Source of the DNA: Owenia fusiformis
Taxonomy: Eukaryota
Assembly (NCBI GenBank): GCA_903813345.2
Contig: CAIIXF020000001.1
Span: 4,526,001-4,590,000 of the forward strand
Length of the DNA: 64,000 nucleotides
Direction: 5' to 3'
Each line of letters starts with the position of its first letter. Position 1 is the first letter of the stretch. Both the position numbers and the translations under genes were made by a program. The notes under the pieces are model-generated. The model made no database searches, was not told the origin of the DNA, and saw only the letters and a list, made by a program, of their open reading frames with translations. Shown in pieces: positions 52,542-64,000 of this stretch.

Positions 52542-55127
52542 TTAATCAACTTCCTCAATGGTTGGTCCTGAGCCTCCACTGCCGGCTCCTGGGGCTGCGC
52601 CACCCCCTGGCATACCTCCTGGCATACCACCAGGCATGCCATCTGGCATTCCACCGGGGGCACCTCCTGCAGCCTGGTACAATTTGGTAATGATTGGAGT
52701 ACACACACCTTCTACTTCCTTCTGCTTGTGTTCAAACTCATCCTTTTCTGCCAGCTGCAAATATGAACACAATAAAAAAAAAAAAAGAAAATGCTTGGAT
52801 AACCAATTTGATGCCCAGATCCCCTCTTACTTTGCTACTGCCTCTGCTGTTAGGCAATGATAATTACAAAGTTGTTTAACAAATTGAGGGAGGGATTAAT
52901 GAAGGGTTACTGAGCATAAAGCCACCTAAGTGTCTCGCAAATTGACTGCAATTGTGTGGACTGAACTAGACAGCGAGACAGCTGGGATGCACATGCTCAG
53001 TCAGAGACAAATCTTAATTATATCAAATTCAGATGAAGATGATTTTTACTTGACTAATAAAGGGGAGATTGATTTTACTAAAGTCATACTGATCAATGTG
53101 AATGAATGTACAATACATGTACCAAGATAAGAACTTTATGCCACATTATTCCATTAACTGAGAGACATTGAATATTTCATGTGGTAATTTTGTTCACCTT
53201 ACTTTGATAAGCAAAATAAACTGATATTTCTACAATCATCCAAGCATTACATTAAATTTTTCTCTGAAATAAAACAAAGATCACAAACCTGATTTGCATC
53301 GAGCCAGCTTATGACGTCATTACATTTATCTGTGATCGTTTTCTTGTCTTCTTCACTGATCTTGTCCTTCAACTTTTCATCTTCAACAGTAGACTTCATA
53401 TTGAAGGCATAGCTTTCAAGTGAATTCTTAGCACTAATTCTGTCTCGTTGGTCTTCATCCTCCTTTCTGTATTTTTCAGCATCATTCACCATACGCTCAA
53501 TTTCTTCCTTCGACAGACGACCTGAAATGCATTATGGTACATGTGTCGCAATAATTTCTCATTCAGATGTTCTGCAGCATCCAGCCAAAAGGCATGTAGG
53601 TTATCGCAGACAATTTCAAACGATTCTAACTTGAATTATGAATATTTTCTGATCTTGAACATTTGTGTATCTTTTAGATCCAATCATTATCTTCAAGAAA
53701 AGTAGCCTATACATAATGATAATTCAGTTAATTAGACCTAAGTGATATTGCTAGTTAAATATCTCCGAGTTTGTTTAACTTTATTATTACTGTATATAAT
53801 TTTCTTTTTAGATAATGAAGACAAGAAAATTCAACAACAAATCTTGAATATTTATTTTTTCAAGAGAAAGCTTACAATTGAATTGTTAAATGAATAGGCG
53901 CAAGGTATGGTAAAATATGTTAGGTCTTCTAGGATTTGTTGAATTTTCTTGCAGAAATCCCCAACTCCCCCTCCATCCATTTTGTCCGATCACCGGGCGT
54001 GGTCCCACTCTGGATTTTATATTTTTTTGAATATAACATATGGCCATTATTTCAATTTTGTGAGTCATTTTTTCTTAACTTAAAGTGTGTGCAAAACAAA
54101 GAATGAATTTCCAATGGCCAGCTTTTTAGATTGTGCATGGATCCTACATTACATCACCCAAAAGCCCCTATTTTAAAATTAAGTGTAATCTACTCACACT
54201 CACTTTGAGTAACTTCTGACCTGAGAACACTGTAACATCTCATATATGACATTATGGCACCTACCCTTATCGTTAGTGATAGTGATTTTGTTTTCTTTGC
54301 CAGTGCTCTTATCAACAGCAGATACATTCAGGATACCATTGGCATCAATGTCAAATGTCACCTCAATCTGAGGAACTCCACGGGGTGCAGGAGGGATACC
54401 AGTTAGCTCAAACTTGCCCAGAATGTTGTTGTCCTTGGTCATAGCACGCTCACCCTCATATACCTGGATCAGCACACCTATTGACACACAGAAAGAAAGG
54501 TATGGTATTATAAAATGAAGAATTCGAGAAGTTATTTCTAGAGAAAACACTCATCGAAACAACAACAGAACAGTCAACAAATGACCCTGAATAGAGACCA
54601 AGGATTTACCTGGCTGATTGTCAGAATATGTGGTGAATGTCTGTGTCTTCTTGGTTGGAATAGTTGTATTGCGCTTGATAAGAGCAGTCATGACACCTCC
54701 AGCAGTCTCAATACCCATAGACAATGGCGCTACATCAAGCAACAACAAGTCTTGGACAGCCTCATCTTTGTCACCAGACAAAATGGCAGCCTGTATGGCT
54801 GAAACAAGTTAAATAGAAGTGCATTTCTTGTCTTACATTAATAACACTAGTAGCAATCTAGATGCAAGGACATCTCTGTATCAAGCTAGACATCTAACTT
54901 GTGGCACCAACATGAGTTTGCCATATATGGGTGTACCAACCATGAGTTCAGAAACCTTAGCATGATCATCTAATATGCATACCTGCCCCATAAGCCACAG
55001 CCTCATCAGGGTTGATGCTTTTGTTCAATTCCTTGCCATTGAAGAAATCTTGCAGAAGCTTCTGGATCTTTGGAATACGCGTAGACCCTCCCACCAATAC
55101 AATATCATGGACTCCACTCTTGTCCAG
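52542..55127 (-). CDS. HSP70: Hsp70/Hsc70 3' cassette A (end of nucleotide-binding domain, substrate-binding domain, GGMP repeats, GPTIEEVD); no 5' exons of its own seen
   Basis: Exons 54983-55127, 54610-54798, 54265-54477, 53289-53521, 52542-52754; signature [15 protein letters not shown]; no stops or frameshifts; canonical splice sites. Confidence 0.93.
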
Positions 55128-55761
55128 CTGAATAAAAATTCATAAAATATTTCCAGTAAGAATATGACAAAACATCGCTCCCTGACAGTGTGGTAGGCAT
55201 AATTTTGTTTTTACAAGCTGCGTCCGGGCACTTGCCAGGGGTTGGATAAATAGGTCAATTCAAGTTGTTTTTCATCTATACACATATAATTCACACATCA
55301 GATACACGAAGGTTATGTTATGGGAGGTTTTGGAAATGGGGTATATCCTGATGGAAATATAGATATCTTACGAAGGGCCAAGAGGGTTTGAAGTAAGATA
55401 TCATATCTCCCATGGGATATATCCCATATTCAAAACAGCATCATATAACTAACTTTACCTATGATAAGTGAGGTTTCACAAGTGAGGTTTTCAGGACACG
55501 CATCTCCAGGTTTGTTTTCTTTTTATTTTCCAAAAATCCATCAACATTTTGGTCAAGAAAATTCTACTGTCTGTTGCATCCATATTGACAATTTTGCGAC
55601 AGCAAGATATTCCAACAAATTGACTGTTTCTACACTGAACAAATTTTCCCTGGAATAATGGAATGGGAGATACAAAGTTGCCAAAGATATCAGTTCTATA
55701 TCCCGCTATTATGTAACTGAAACCTCGCTTGTCATTGGATAAACATCAGTATAAACCATAA

Positions 55762-56349
55762 TACAGAAGTCAAATAAGTCCTGTCCCCCATGCTACAGCT
55801 AAAACCTTAATAATAGATGGTACCTAGTGTAATATACCATTGGAAAGATCATCCAAAGTTACAATAACTCACCAAATCTCAGTCAAGTATTTTGGATGGA
55901 CATCTAGTTAGCTTGCCACTTCCAGCAGCTTTCACTGTTCATTGTGTCAAAATGACATGGATTCGACCTCAGCAATGTGTCAAAAAGTTATATTTTTCAC
56001 ATTGCACTTCTTACAAGTTTTCGTTACCATTGCTCCTCTGTATGTTACACAAATAACCCTATCCACAAATTGGTTAAATTAACTGCCATTTTTACAAGTG
56101 TTGTCATCTTGAGCTCCTTTGATTTTTTTGTGCCCGATTTTTTAAATCCTGCCAAATTCTAATGTTTCTAGGTCTATGGTCACCAAAATTGATACAATCA
56201 ATTTGGGACACTGATTGATAGTATCAGATGCATGCCAAACTTCGTTAACCTCTGATGATCTTTCCAATGATATATCACACTTGGTATATAAACCATATAT
56301 TTTGGTTTTGGCTGTAGATGGGGGGACAGCACTTATTGGACACCCTGTA
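55762..56349. mobile_element. Tc1-like MITE remnant
   Basis: AATAAGTCCTGTCCCCC / GGGGGACAGCACTTATTGGACACCCTG-TA imperfect TIRs. Confidence 0.55.
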
Positions 56350-58679
56350 TATCCTAGGACTATCTTGTAATACACTTGCCAATCTGTTTTGCCATCCCTG
56401 AAGGTCAACACATCAATGCAAACCTACAAATGTAATAATCAATCACTTTCATGGGTGAAAGTTCAACAATTAGCAAACATTGATTACAGTTACTTGATAC
56501 CTACTTATCGATTTGAAAAAAAAAGATTCTGCTAGTGCCAGTGAACATTGTCATTACAAAAAGATTTAACCTGTTAACTGAGCCCATAACCCCACATTAA
56601 ATAGCCACAAACATGAAGAATTGGGAAATAGTGCAAAATTAATCTAAGTAACAGTATAATAATAATCACCCTTGGTATATGCAGCTAACGAAAATTGACC
56701 GGTACGGGTCAAAAGCTGGACCGGTACGGGTTAACAGTTTTATTTGAATTTAAAACAGCCATAACTTGCTCAATATTGACTTCCTCGTGTCTAATTTGAA
56801 ATATATGATGCCTCCTGATGCTTTTAAGTACCCCAATTTTTTACAGATTTTTAAACGGACCAAAACTCTCTAAATGCGCATTTATGCTCTTTTCTCTCGC
56901 GAACGACTGTCTCATTTTCACGATAACTTTTATTTAGTACTTCTAACATATAAGATCTATTTTTCCCCATCAAGGTATGATGTAAATGACATGCTATTTA
57001 CATCTTGTGAGTTTCAATGACGCGAGTTTGATTTTATAAAAAATGCCAAACTTTGTGACAAAGAATTTCATCCTGCTTGCAGCAAGACGGACCGGTTCGG
57101 GGCAATGCGTATTATCACCCTTGGCGTATACCAAGGGTGATAATGAAGCGCCCTTTAAATTATAAAATCAATACAGTGCACTCGTGTATATAAAAAAAGG
57201 TACCACAAGGCATTACAGATGCAGAACACTGAACACAAAAAAGTTGGAGACGCCACTTCTGATGACAGAAAAACTAGTGATTACTGCATCGATTTACTTT
57301 TATGTACCATGATGCCACATTTCTTCTATTTCTATTTTCGACAAAATCATGTGACCATGGTTTATTTGAGCTATCCTGTAGATAGTTTTATCTAAACCAG
57401 CAAAGATATTTTAACGATCATTCAGTCCGGAACACATGAAAAAGGAAATGGATGATAAAGTCAACAGGAACTTCATTTTAAAATAAAATTGGTGGAGACT
57501 TAATTTGGCGATTTCTATCCATCCGCCAAATTAAAGCAATTTTCAGTAATGCCTTGGTCACATTTGCTCAGATTTTCACTACAACACCCAGGTAATTTGT
57601 TCAAATTTGAATACAATATTGAACAAAACACACAATCTACCAGGCGCCGGCCGATGGATCGGAACAAATGCGACCCAGGCATAACTGGTAAAGTAAACGG
57701 CCATACACATTCGATAAACTTCCCTTATTTACTCAATTCAACAACAAACTGTCAATTCTATTTATATAGTATTTCTTTTATTCAAGTTTTAGCGCTTTTC
57801 TCTTCTTTTGAGTAATCAGCTTTAAAACCAACACCATAACGTCGACAGTAGTTGAAGCATTACACAGTTATAGTACACGCCTTGGACCTCGAGGTAGTTG
57901 GTCTGCTAATGTAGCAATTATTATCAAGTGTTATGACATAGGTTGTAGTTGCACCATTGGAGTGATAACAATCCCTACACTTTGCATCATTAAAATGCAA
58001 GTAAAATGTTTCCTTAACTCAATGTATTGGATTTTTAAAATTTGTCTACTCGCATGGAATTCTTGCTGGATAAACAGAGGGATTGTCATCTTGAAAATAC
58101 ACCCACACAGCGAATACATTGGATCTTCCATTAGAAGTTTCAAAACCTCTATTAGGATTGATTGCTGCATGTTACCATGAACATTTGTACTTTTGAGGTT
58201 GTAACTGAGGAATGGTTGTCGGCAAATATCTTGAGAACAATCAATCGAGCTAATATCAGTATCACATCACACCACAACCAAAAATGAGAAGATTCTTCAG
58301 CAGTAAGCTCAAGTACAATGATCAACATGATTGATGCTGTTTGGATGTAATTTCAAAAACTCTCAATGGACAACTGTGAGCTACTACAAACACGATTTTT
58401 GAACATTTTACGATTTTTTTGAGTATTTTTGATTTTTTTGTTTCAGGACAGAACATTTAACCACAACATTATAAACATGATACAAAACAATAAATATTGT
58501 AAGTTACTGACAATGATAACTATAAGTAACTTGTACAATGGTACAAGGAAGAATTGAACTTGATCAGAGTTGGATATAACATAAATGATTCGTTGACATC
58601 AACAATCATGCGAATCAATGTCTATTAGTATTGTTCTATTATTTTGATGCTTGGAATAATGATGATTGTGATGCAAGTT

Positions 58680-61600
58680 TTAATCAACTTCCTCGATGGT
58701 TGGTCCTGAGCCTCCACTGCCAGCTCCTGGGGCTGCCCCACCCCCTGGCATACCTCCTCCGGGCATACCTCCTGGCATACCACCAGGCATGCCATCTGGC
58801 ATTCCACCGGGGGCACCTCCTGCAGCCTGATACAATTTGGTAATGATTGGAGAACATACGCCTTCTACTTCCTTCTGCTTGTGTTCGAACTCCTCCTTCT
58901 CTGCTAGCTGCAAACACAGACACACAAACCATTAAATATAACCAACTAATCCTAAGAGCAATCGCATTTTGAACAAAATGTACAACTAGAAATACTTAAT
59001 AATATCCTCATTAACACACTACCATAGGAAAGAAAAGTTGCAATTTAACATTCCGCTCAAATATGCATAATTAAAAAAAATAAGACAAATTTTTCAGAAC
59101 AGAAAACTGAAATGGCTCCTTTAAAATTCACCAAGCATGCCCGAAAAAATCCTTGGAATATCATATCCATCATTTTTCATACTAAGAAGCATTAAGAAAA
59201 TATCAGGTTCACAAACCTGATTGGCATCGAGCCAGCTGATGACTTCATTACATTTATCAATGATTGTTTTCTTGTCTTCCTCACTGATCTTGTCCTTCAA
59301 CTTTTCATCTTCCACGGTAGACTTCATGTTGAAAGCATAGCTTTCCAGAGAATTCTTTGCAGTAATTCTGTCTCGTTGGTCTTCATCTTCCTTTTTGTAC
59401 TTCTCTGCATCATTCACCATACGTTCAATGTCCTCCTTTGTCAGACGACCTGCAATGCATTATGGGAAATAATGTATATACATTTGAATATAATATACAT
59501 TTGTAAAACAAACAATTAGAACTCACAGCCAAAAGAAACATTAGCTCCTGGATAAGGATCACATTTAAAATAAATTCTGATAACACCCACACAAAACACT
59601 TACCCTTATCATTGGTGATTGTGATCTTGTTTTCTTTGCCAGTGCTCTTATCAGTTGCAGATACATTAAGGATACCATTGGCATCGACATCGAATGTCAC
59701 CTCAATCTGAGGAACTCCACGGGGTGCAGGAGGGATACCAGTTAGCTCAAACTTGCCCAGAATGTTGTTGTCCTTGGTCATAGCACGCTCACCCTCATAT
59801 ACCTGGATCAGCACACCTATAATCAACAAGAACAAAAATTATAAGAGAAATAGAAAATACTACAAAATACTGTAATTTCTAAATGTATAATAAATAGGGA
59901 CATAATTGAATTGGATGTGTTTTACACATATCTCGATTTTATTTGATCATTAATCACTTTGCAAACTGAAGATGGATGAAAACATCTGCCTCAATTCATA
60001 GCATAATGACTAGAAAAATAGCAAATTCTAACTAATACCCTCTTCTTATTCCCCGAGTTAAAGACGGGCTATCCCTAACAGCAACTACCAACAACAAAAA
60101 TCGTGCGACAAAAATATTAACTTATTTTGGGGTGGACTAATTCCTATACATAAATAAAATACCTAAAATCCCGAATTGAAATCCAAAATTTACCTGGCTG
60201 ATTGTCAGAGTATGTGGTGAATATCTGCGTCTTCTTGGTTGGAATGGTAGTGTTACGCTTGATAAGAGCAGTCATGACACCTCCAGCAGTCTCAATACCC
60301 ATAGACAATGGCGCTACATCAAGCAACAACAAGTCTTGGACAGCCTCATCTTTGTCACCAGACAAGATGGCAGCCTGGACAGCTGAAATGAAATATGCAT
60401 TTTGATATCAAATGAAAGCTCATTATCGCAGTGGCATTACAATCTCAAAAAATATAAACAAGGCACAAACATGCAAAACATCACCATTTGCCATTTGTTA
60501 AACACCCCCAGTGTTATTGGACGATAGGAACAGTGTCTCTTACACTGGTTTATTAAATCAAAATCAAACAAGGCATTAACCTGACAAAATGTCACCACCT
60601 AGTTAGGTCATTGAAGGTCAAATGTCAAATCTTAAGTCAAATCTAAAGTCAGATTTGAATTTCTGAGAACACGTAGATGATTTTGAAAATTTTTTTTAGT
60701 CAATTTGAAGCAAGTTGAAAAAAGACCTTTTTGACCTTGAGAAGGTCATTGAAGGTCAAAGGTCAAATCTAAAGTCAGATTTGAACTTCTGAGAACTTGT
60801 AAAGTCAAATTTGAACTTCTGAAAAGATGTAGCTGATTTTGAAAAAAAAATTGGTCAATTTGAAGCAAGTTGAAAACAGACCTTTTTGACCCTTTTTTAC
60901 CTTGAGAAGGTCATTAAAGATCAAATGTCAAATCTAAAGTCAGATTTGAATTTCTGAGAACATGTAGATGATTTTGAAAAAAAAAATTAGTCAATTTGAA
61001 GCAAGTTGAAAAAAGACCTTTTTGACCTTTTTTGACATTGAGAAGGTCATTGAAGGTCAAATGTCAAATCTAAAGTCAGATTTGAATTTCTGAGAACATG
61101 TAGATGATTTTGAAAAAAAAATTTAGTCAATTTGAAGCAAGTTGAAAAAAGACCTTTTTGACCTTTTTTGACTTTGAGAAGGTCATTGAAGGTCAAATGT
61201 CAAATCTTAAGTCAAATCTAAAGTCAGATTTGAATTTCTGAGAACACGTAGATGATTTTGAAAATTTTTTTTAGTCAATTTGAAGCAAGTTGAAAACAGA
61301 CCTTTTTGACCTTTTTTGACCTTGAGAAGGTCATTGAAGGTCAAATGTCAAATCTTAAGTCAAATCTTAAGTCAGATTTGAATTTCTGAGAACACGTAGA
61401 TGATTTTGAAAAAAAATTTAGTCAATTTGAAGCAAGTTGAAAACAGACCTTTTTGACCTTTATTTACCTTGAGAAGGTCATTGAAGGTCAAATGTTAAAT
61501 CTAGTCAGATTTGAAGGTCAAATGTCAAATCTAAAGTCAGATTTGAATTTCTGAGAACATGTAGATGATTTTGAAAAAAAATTTAGTCAATGTGAAGCAA

Positions 61601-62544
61601 GTTGAAAAAAGACCTTTTTGACCTTATGAAGGTCATTGAAGGTCAAATGTTAAATCTAAAGTCAGATTTGAACTTCTGAGAACATGTAGATGATTTAGAA
61701 AAAAATTGAAGTCAGTCTAAACAGTATTTGTTAAGTTATAGGAAGTTGTAAGAAATTGTTACAGACGCCGGACGCCAACCTCCAACCACCGTCGCAAAAA
61801 AACGGAGACCATAACAATATGTCACCACTTTTGGTGGTGACATAATAAACCAAACAATGACGAAGTTATAAAAGTCGAGTTGCAGTGTGCTATTAACCAA
61901 GATCTAGTAATTGTAAATCTTATCCAAATGACATTTGGTAAGTGTAATAATTACTGTACGTAAGGTAATTTAGTTTGCAAAGCTTAAAAATTCAGAGAAT
62001 AATGAAGTTTATTTTTTGATATCTGCCAAATTTATTAGCTGCAAAATCATAATTTCTCAAATTTCATGAAATTAACTAGGGGGTCATTAACAGAAATTTT
62101 GTAGAGTGACGAATTAGTAAATCAATTGTTGTAACCATGGATATAATGACGTCACAGTTAGAGAATAATGGATTTTATGAATTAAACTAAGAAGTTTCTG
62201 TTAATGGCCCCCAGGAGTACAGGATATAAAAGTACATATAACTGCTTGATTTTCCCTACATTTTTTCTCAAACATGTGAAACTTCTCATTTAAACATTTT
62301 AGAAAAATATTTTCTCATGTTGTCAACAAGTGTTCATCACCTAATTGCACCGAATCTACCAATACATACAAAATTATATAATAAATATTAGTTCTATACC
62401 TGCTCCGTAAGCTACAGCCTCGTCAGGGTTGATGCTTTTGTTTAATTCCTTGCCATTGAAAAAATCTTGCAGAAGCTTCTGGATCTTAGGAATACGTGTT
62501 GATCCTCCCACCAACACAATATCATGGACTCCACCCTTGTCGAG
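58680..62544 (-). CDS. HSP70: Cytosolic Hsp70/Hsc70 (HSPA8-like), 3' cassette B; 5' exons presumably lie beyond the window end
   Basis: Exons 62400-62544, 60194-60382, 59604-59816, 59217-59449, 58680-58907; GGMP repeats and EEVD; intron-containing and U14-hosting, like cognate hsc70 genes. Confidence 0.95.
60566..61845 (-). mobile_element. HINE-like element with expanded ~120-130-bp satellite array
   Basis: Reverse complement of the 42253/47661 family; roughly 8-9 tandem monomers between conserved termini. Confidence 0.85.
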
Positions 62545-62669
62545 CTGAATATAAAAAAAAGTCGATTAGATATTATGAAATAAAAAACATATGTTAAGAA
62601 TTAACTCAATGGAATTTTGCAAATGTATTTAAAAACCATGAAATTTAGTACTGAAGTATGTTAATATAT

Positions 62670-62771
62670 GTTAGGTAGCATCAGACATCCAAGGAAGAAT
62701 ATGTAACATTAACCAGTTAAGGTTTTCAGTAACTGCATATATGCAGGAGCTCTCCTCATTTACTACCTAAC
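62670..62771 (-). ncRNA. U14: U14 (SNORD14)-type C/D box snoRNA in an Hsp70 intron
   Basis: Minus strand: C-box-like ATGAGGA ... CTTCCTTGGATGT-CTGA (U14 domain B plus D box, antisense to 18S ACATCCAAGGAAG), closed by a 9-bp terminal stem GTTAGGTAG/CTACCTAAC. Confidence 0.88.
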
Positions 62772-62936
62772 ATTTACTATATCACTGCATTGCATGGTAC
62801 GTTATACTATATCTTGTATATATCAACATTTGCTCACCTGTCAAATCCCCAAAATTAAATTTGAAGAAATTCTTCAGAAGAAAACAGGATTTATTTTTGC
62901 AAGAGATTTCACTGGTTACAATAGTAATTCTATTCT

Positions 62937-63240
62937 TATTGTCTTCAATGGACATTGCAGTCATACGTGTCTCGGACTCTCCAAGGATGGATAAGCACCT
63001 CGACTTTTCACATGTCAAATTCAGTTTTTCTAATTGTTTTATTTTTATTGTCTTCAATGGACATTGCAGTCATTCGTGTCTCGGACTCTCCAAGGATGGA
63101 TAAGCACCTCGACTTTTCACAACATGTCAAATTCAGTTTTTCCAATTGTTTTATTCTTTATTGTCTTCAAGGGATATTGCAGCCATTCGTGTCTTGGACT
63201 CTCCAAAGATGGATAAGCACCTTGACTTTTCACGACATGT
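62937..63240. repeat. ~110-bp tandem repeat x3
   Basis: ATTGTCTTCAATGGACATTGCAGTCAT..GTGTCTCGGACTCTCCAAGGATGGATAAGCACC units. Confidence 0.9.
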
Positions 63241-64000
63241 CTACGTGTAGTTTGAGATCAAACATATAACCCTTACAGGACACTTCACACTGGGTTTGTG
63301 ACTGTAATTAGGTCTAAAATCAATTAGAGAATTCTAAAAGGAGAAAGTGATGATTCACTTAAGATTGCAGGTGATTGATCAAGACTTATGATCTAGTTCA
63401 ACATTCTGCATCCATGTGATTGTGTAAATAAAAGATAACTAGAAAGAAATATAAAATGGTTTGCTTTATAAATGGTTAGAATTTTAGTTCTACTCTTGGT
63501 ATGTCTTCCAAGGAGACATCTGGCATTTGCATCTCAAACCCTTTAAAAAGACTGGCAAAGTTTCCAATTTTTTAACTTCACCTTTACATAACACTCCAAA
63601 CTGTGGGTCTGTGACTGTAATGTAAATGCAATTAGAGAATTCTAAAAGCAGAATCCATAAAGCAAGTCTTGAGTTAGTCAAACATTCTAATCACATTGTG
63701 TTAATACTTGTATGACTTTAAGTACTTTATGTCATAAAACTCGGCAAGAACTTCTTCAAGCCTGTTATTATAAGCATGTGTTTAACTTCGCAACTTCTTT
63801 GTTGATTGTCTAATTATTGACAATGCATGAGTTACTAATAACTAGACAACTGAAACTGATCATAGTCTTTTTTAACTTGTTGACCTTTTGACTGTTTGAA
63901 AGTGGACTTATCCAACTTAGTCAAGAATGAAGACAACTTCTTTTATGGCGTAATACTTACTACCTAATGTCCTTAGTTTATAAGCTTAGAAGTACAGTGC

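Noticed and set aside
52520-58932. Alternative-frame and antisense ORFs over Hsp70 exons (e.g. 52558-52860, 58684-58932)
   Set aside because: Shadows of the GC-richer GGMP-coding exons.
59090-59178. Possible C/D snoRNA in the last intron of Hsp70 cassette B
   Set aside because: C box imperfect (TGATGG), no terminal stem, and no rRNA complementarity I can recognise.
60600-61700. CRISPR-like regular repeats
   Set aside because: Head-to-tail satellite monomers without unique spacers, eukaryotic context, no cas genes.
62937-63240. Tandem repeats containing CCTTGGAGAGTCCGA (minus strand) as extra U14 copies, and ORFs over them
   Set aside because: Only a short match to the U14 guide, no proper C/D boxes or terminal stem; the ORFs are repeat-derived.

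Overview
AT-rich, intron-rich animal genomic DNA; a lophotrochozoan-like invertebrate is inferred from composition and repeat types. Left to right: (1) an 11-exon coiled-coil gene on the minus strand (1991-11405), head-to-head with (2) a complete 26-exon VPS11 gene (12024-29436); (3) a small 3-exon secreted cysteine-rich peptide gene nested antisense in VPS11 intron 19; (4) an AIG1/ADTRP-family gene with two alternative first exons and a duplicated exon 3; (5) two tandem Stf0/NodH-like sulfotransferase genes, one frameshifted; (6) an Hsp70/Hsc70 locus on the minus strand with two intact copies of its last five exons and a U14-type snoRNA in an intron. Many MITEs, a mariner remnant and Helentron-type elements carrying a satellite are interspersed. 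Best leads: duplicated exons in the coiled-coil gene that each have a U2 acceptor and a U12 AT-AC donor (exclusivity by spliceosome incompatibility); the headless but fully conserved Hsp70 3' cassette; the nested KR-flanked Cys-rich peptide gene; and the combinatorial active-site exons of AIG1. All gene models were built by hand from splice signals and reading phase, without transcript or database evidence.
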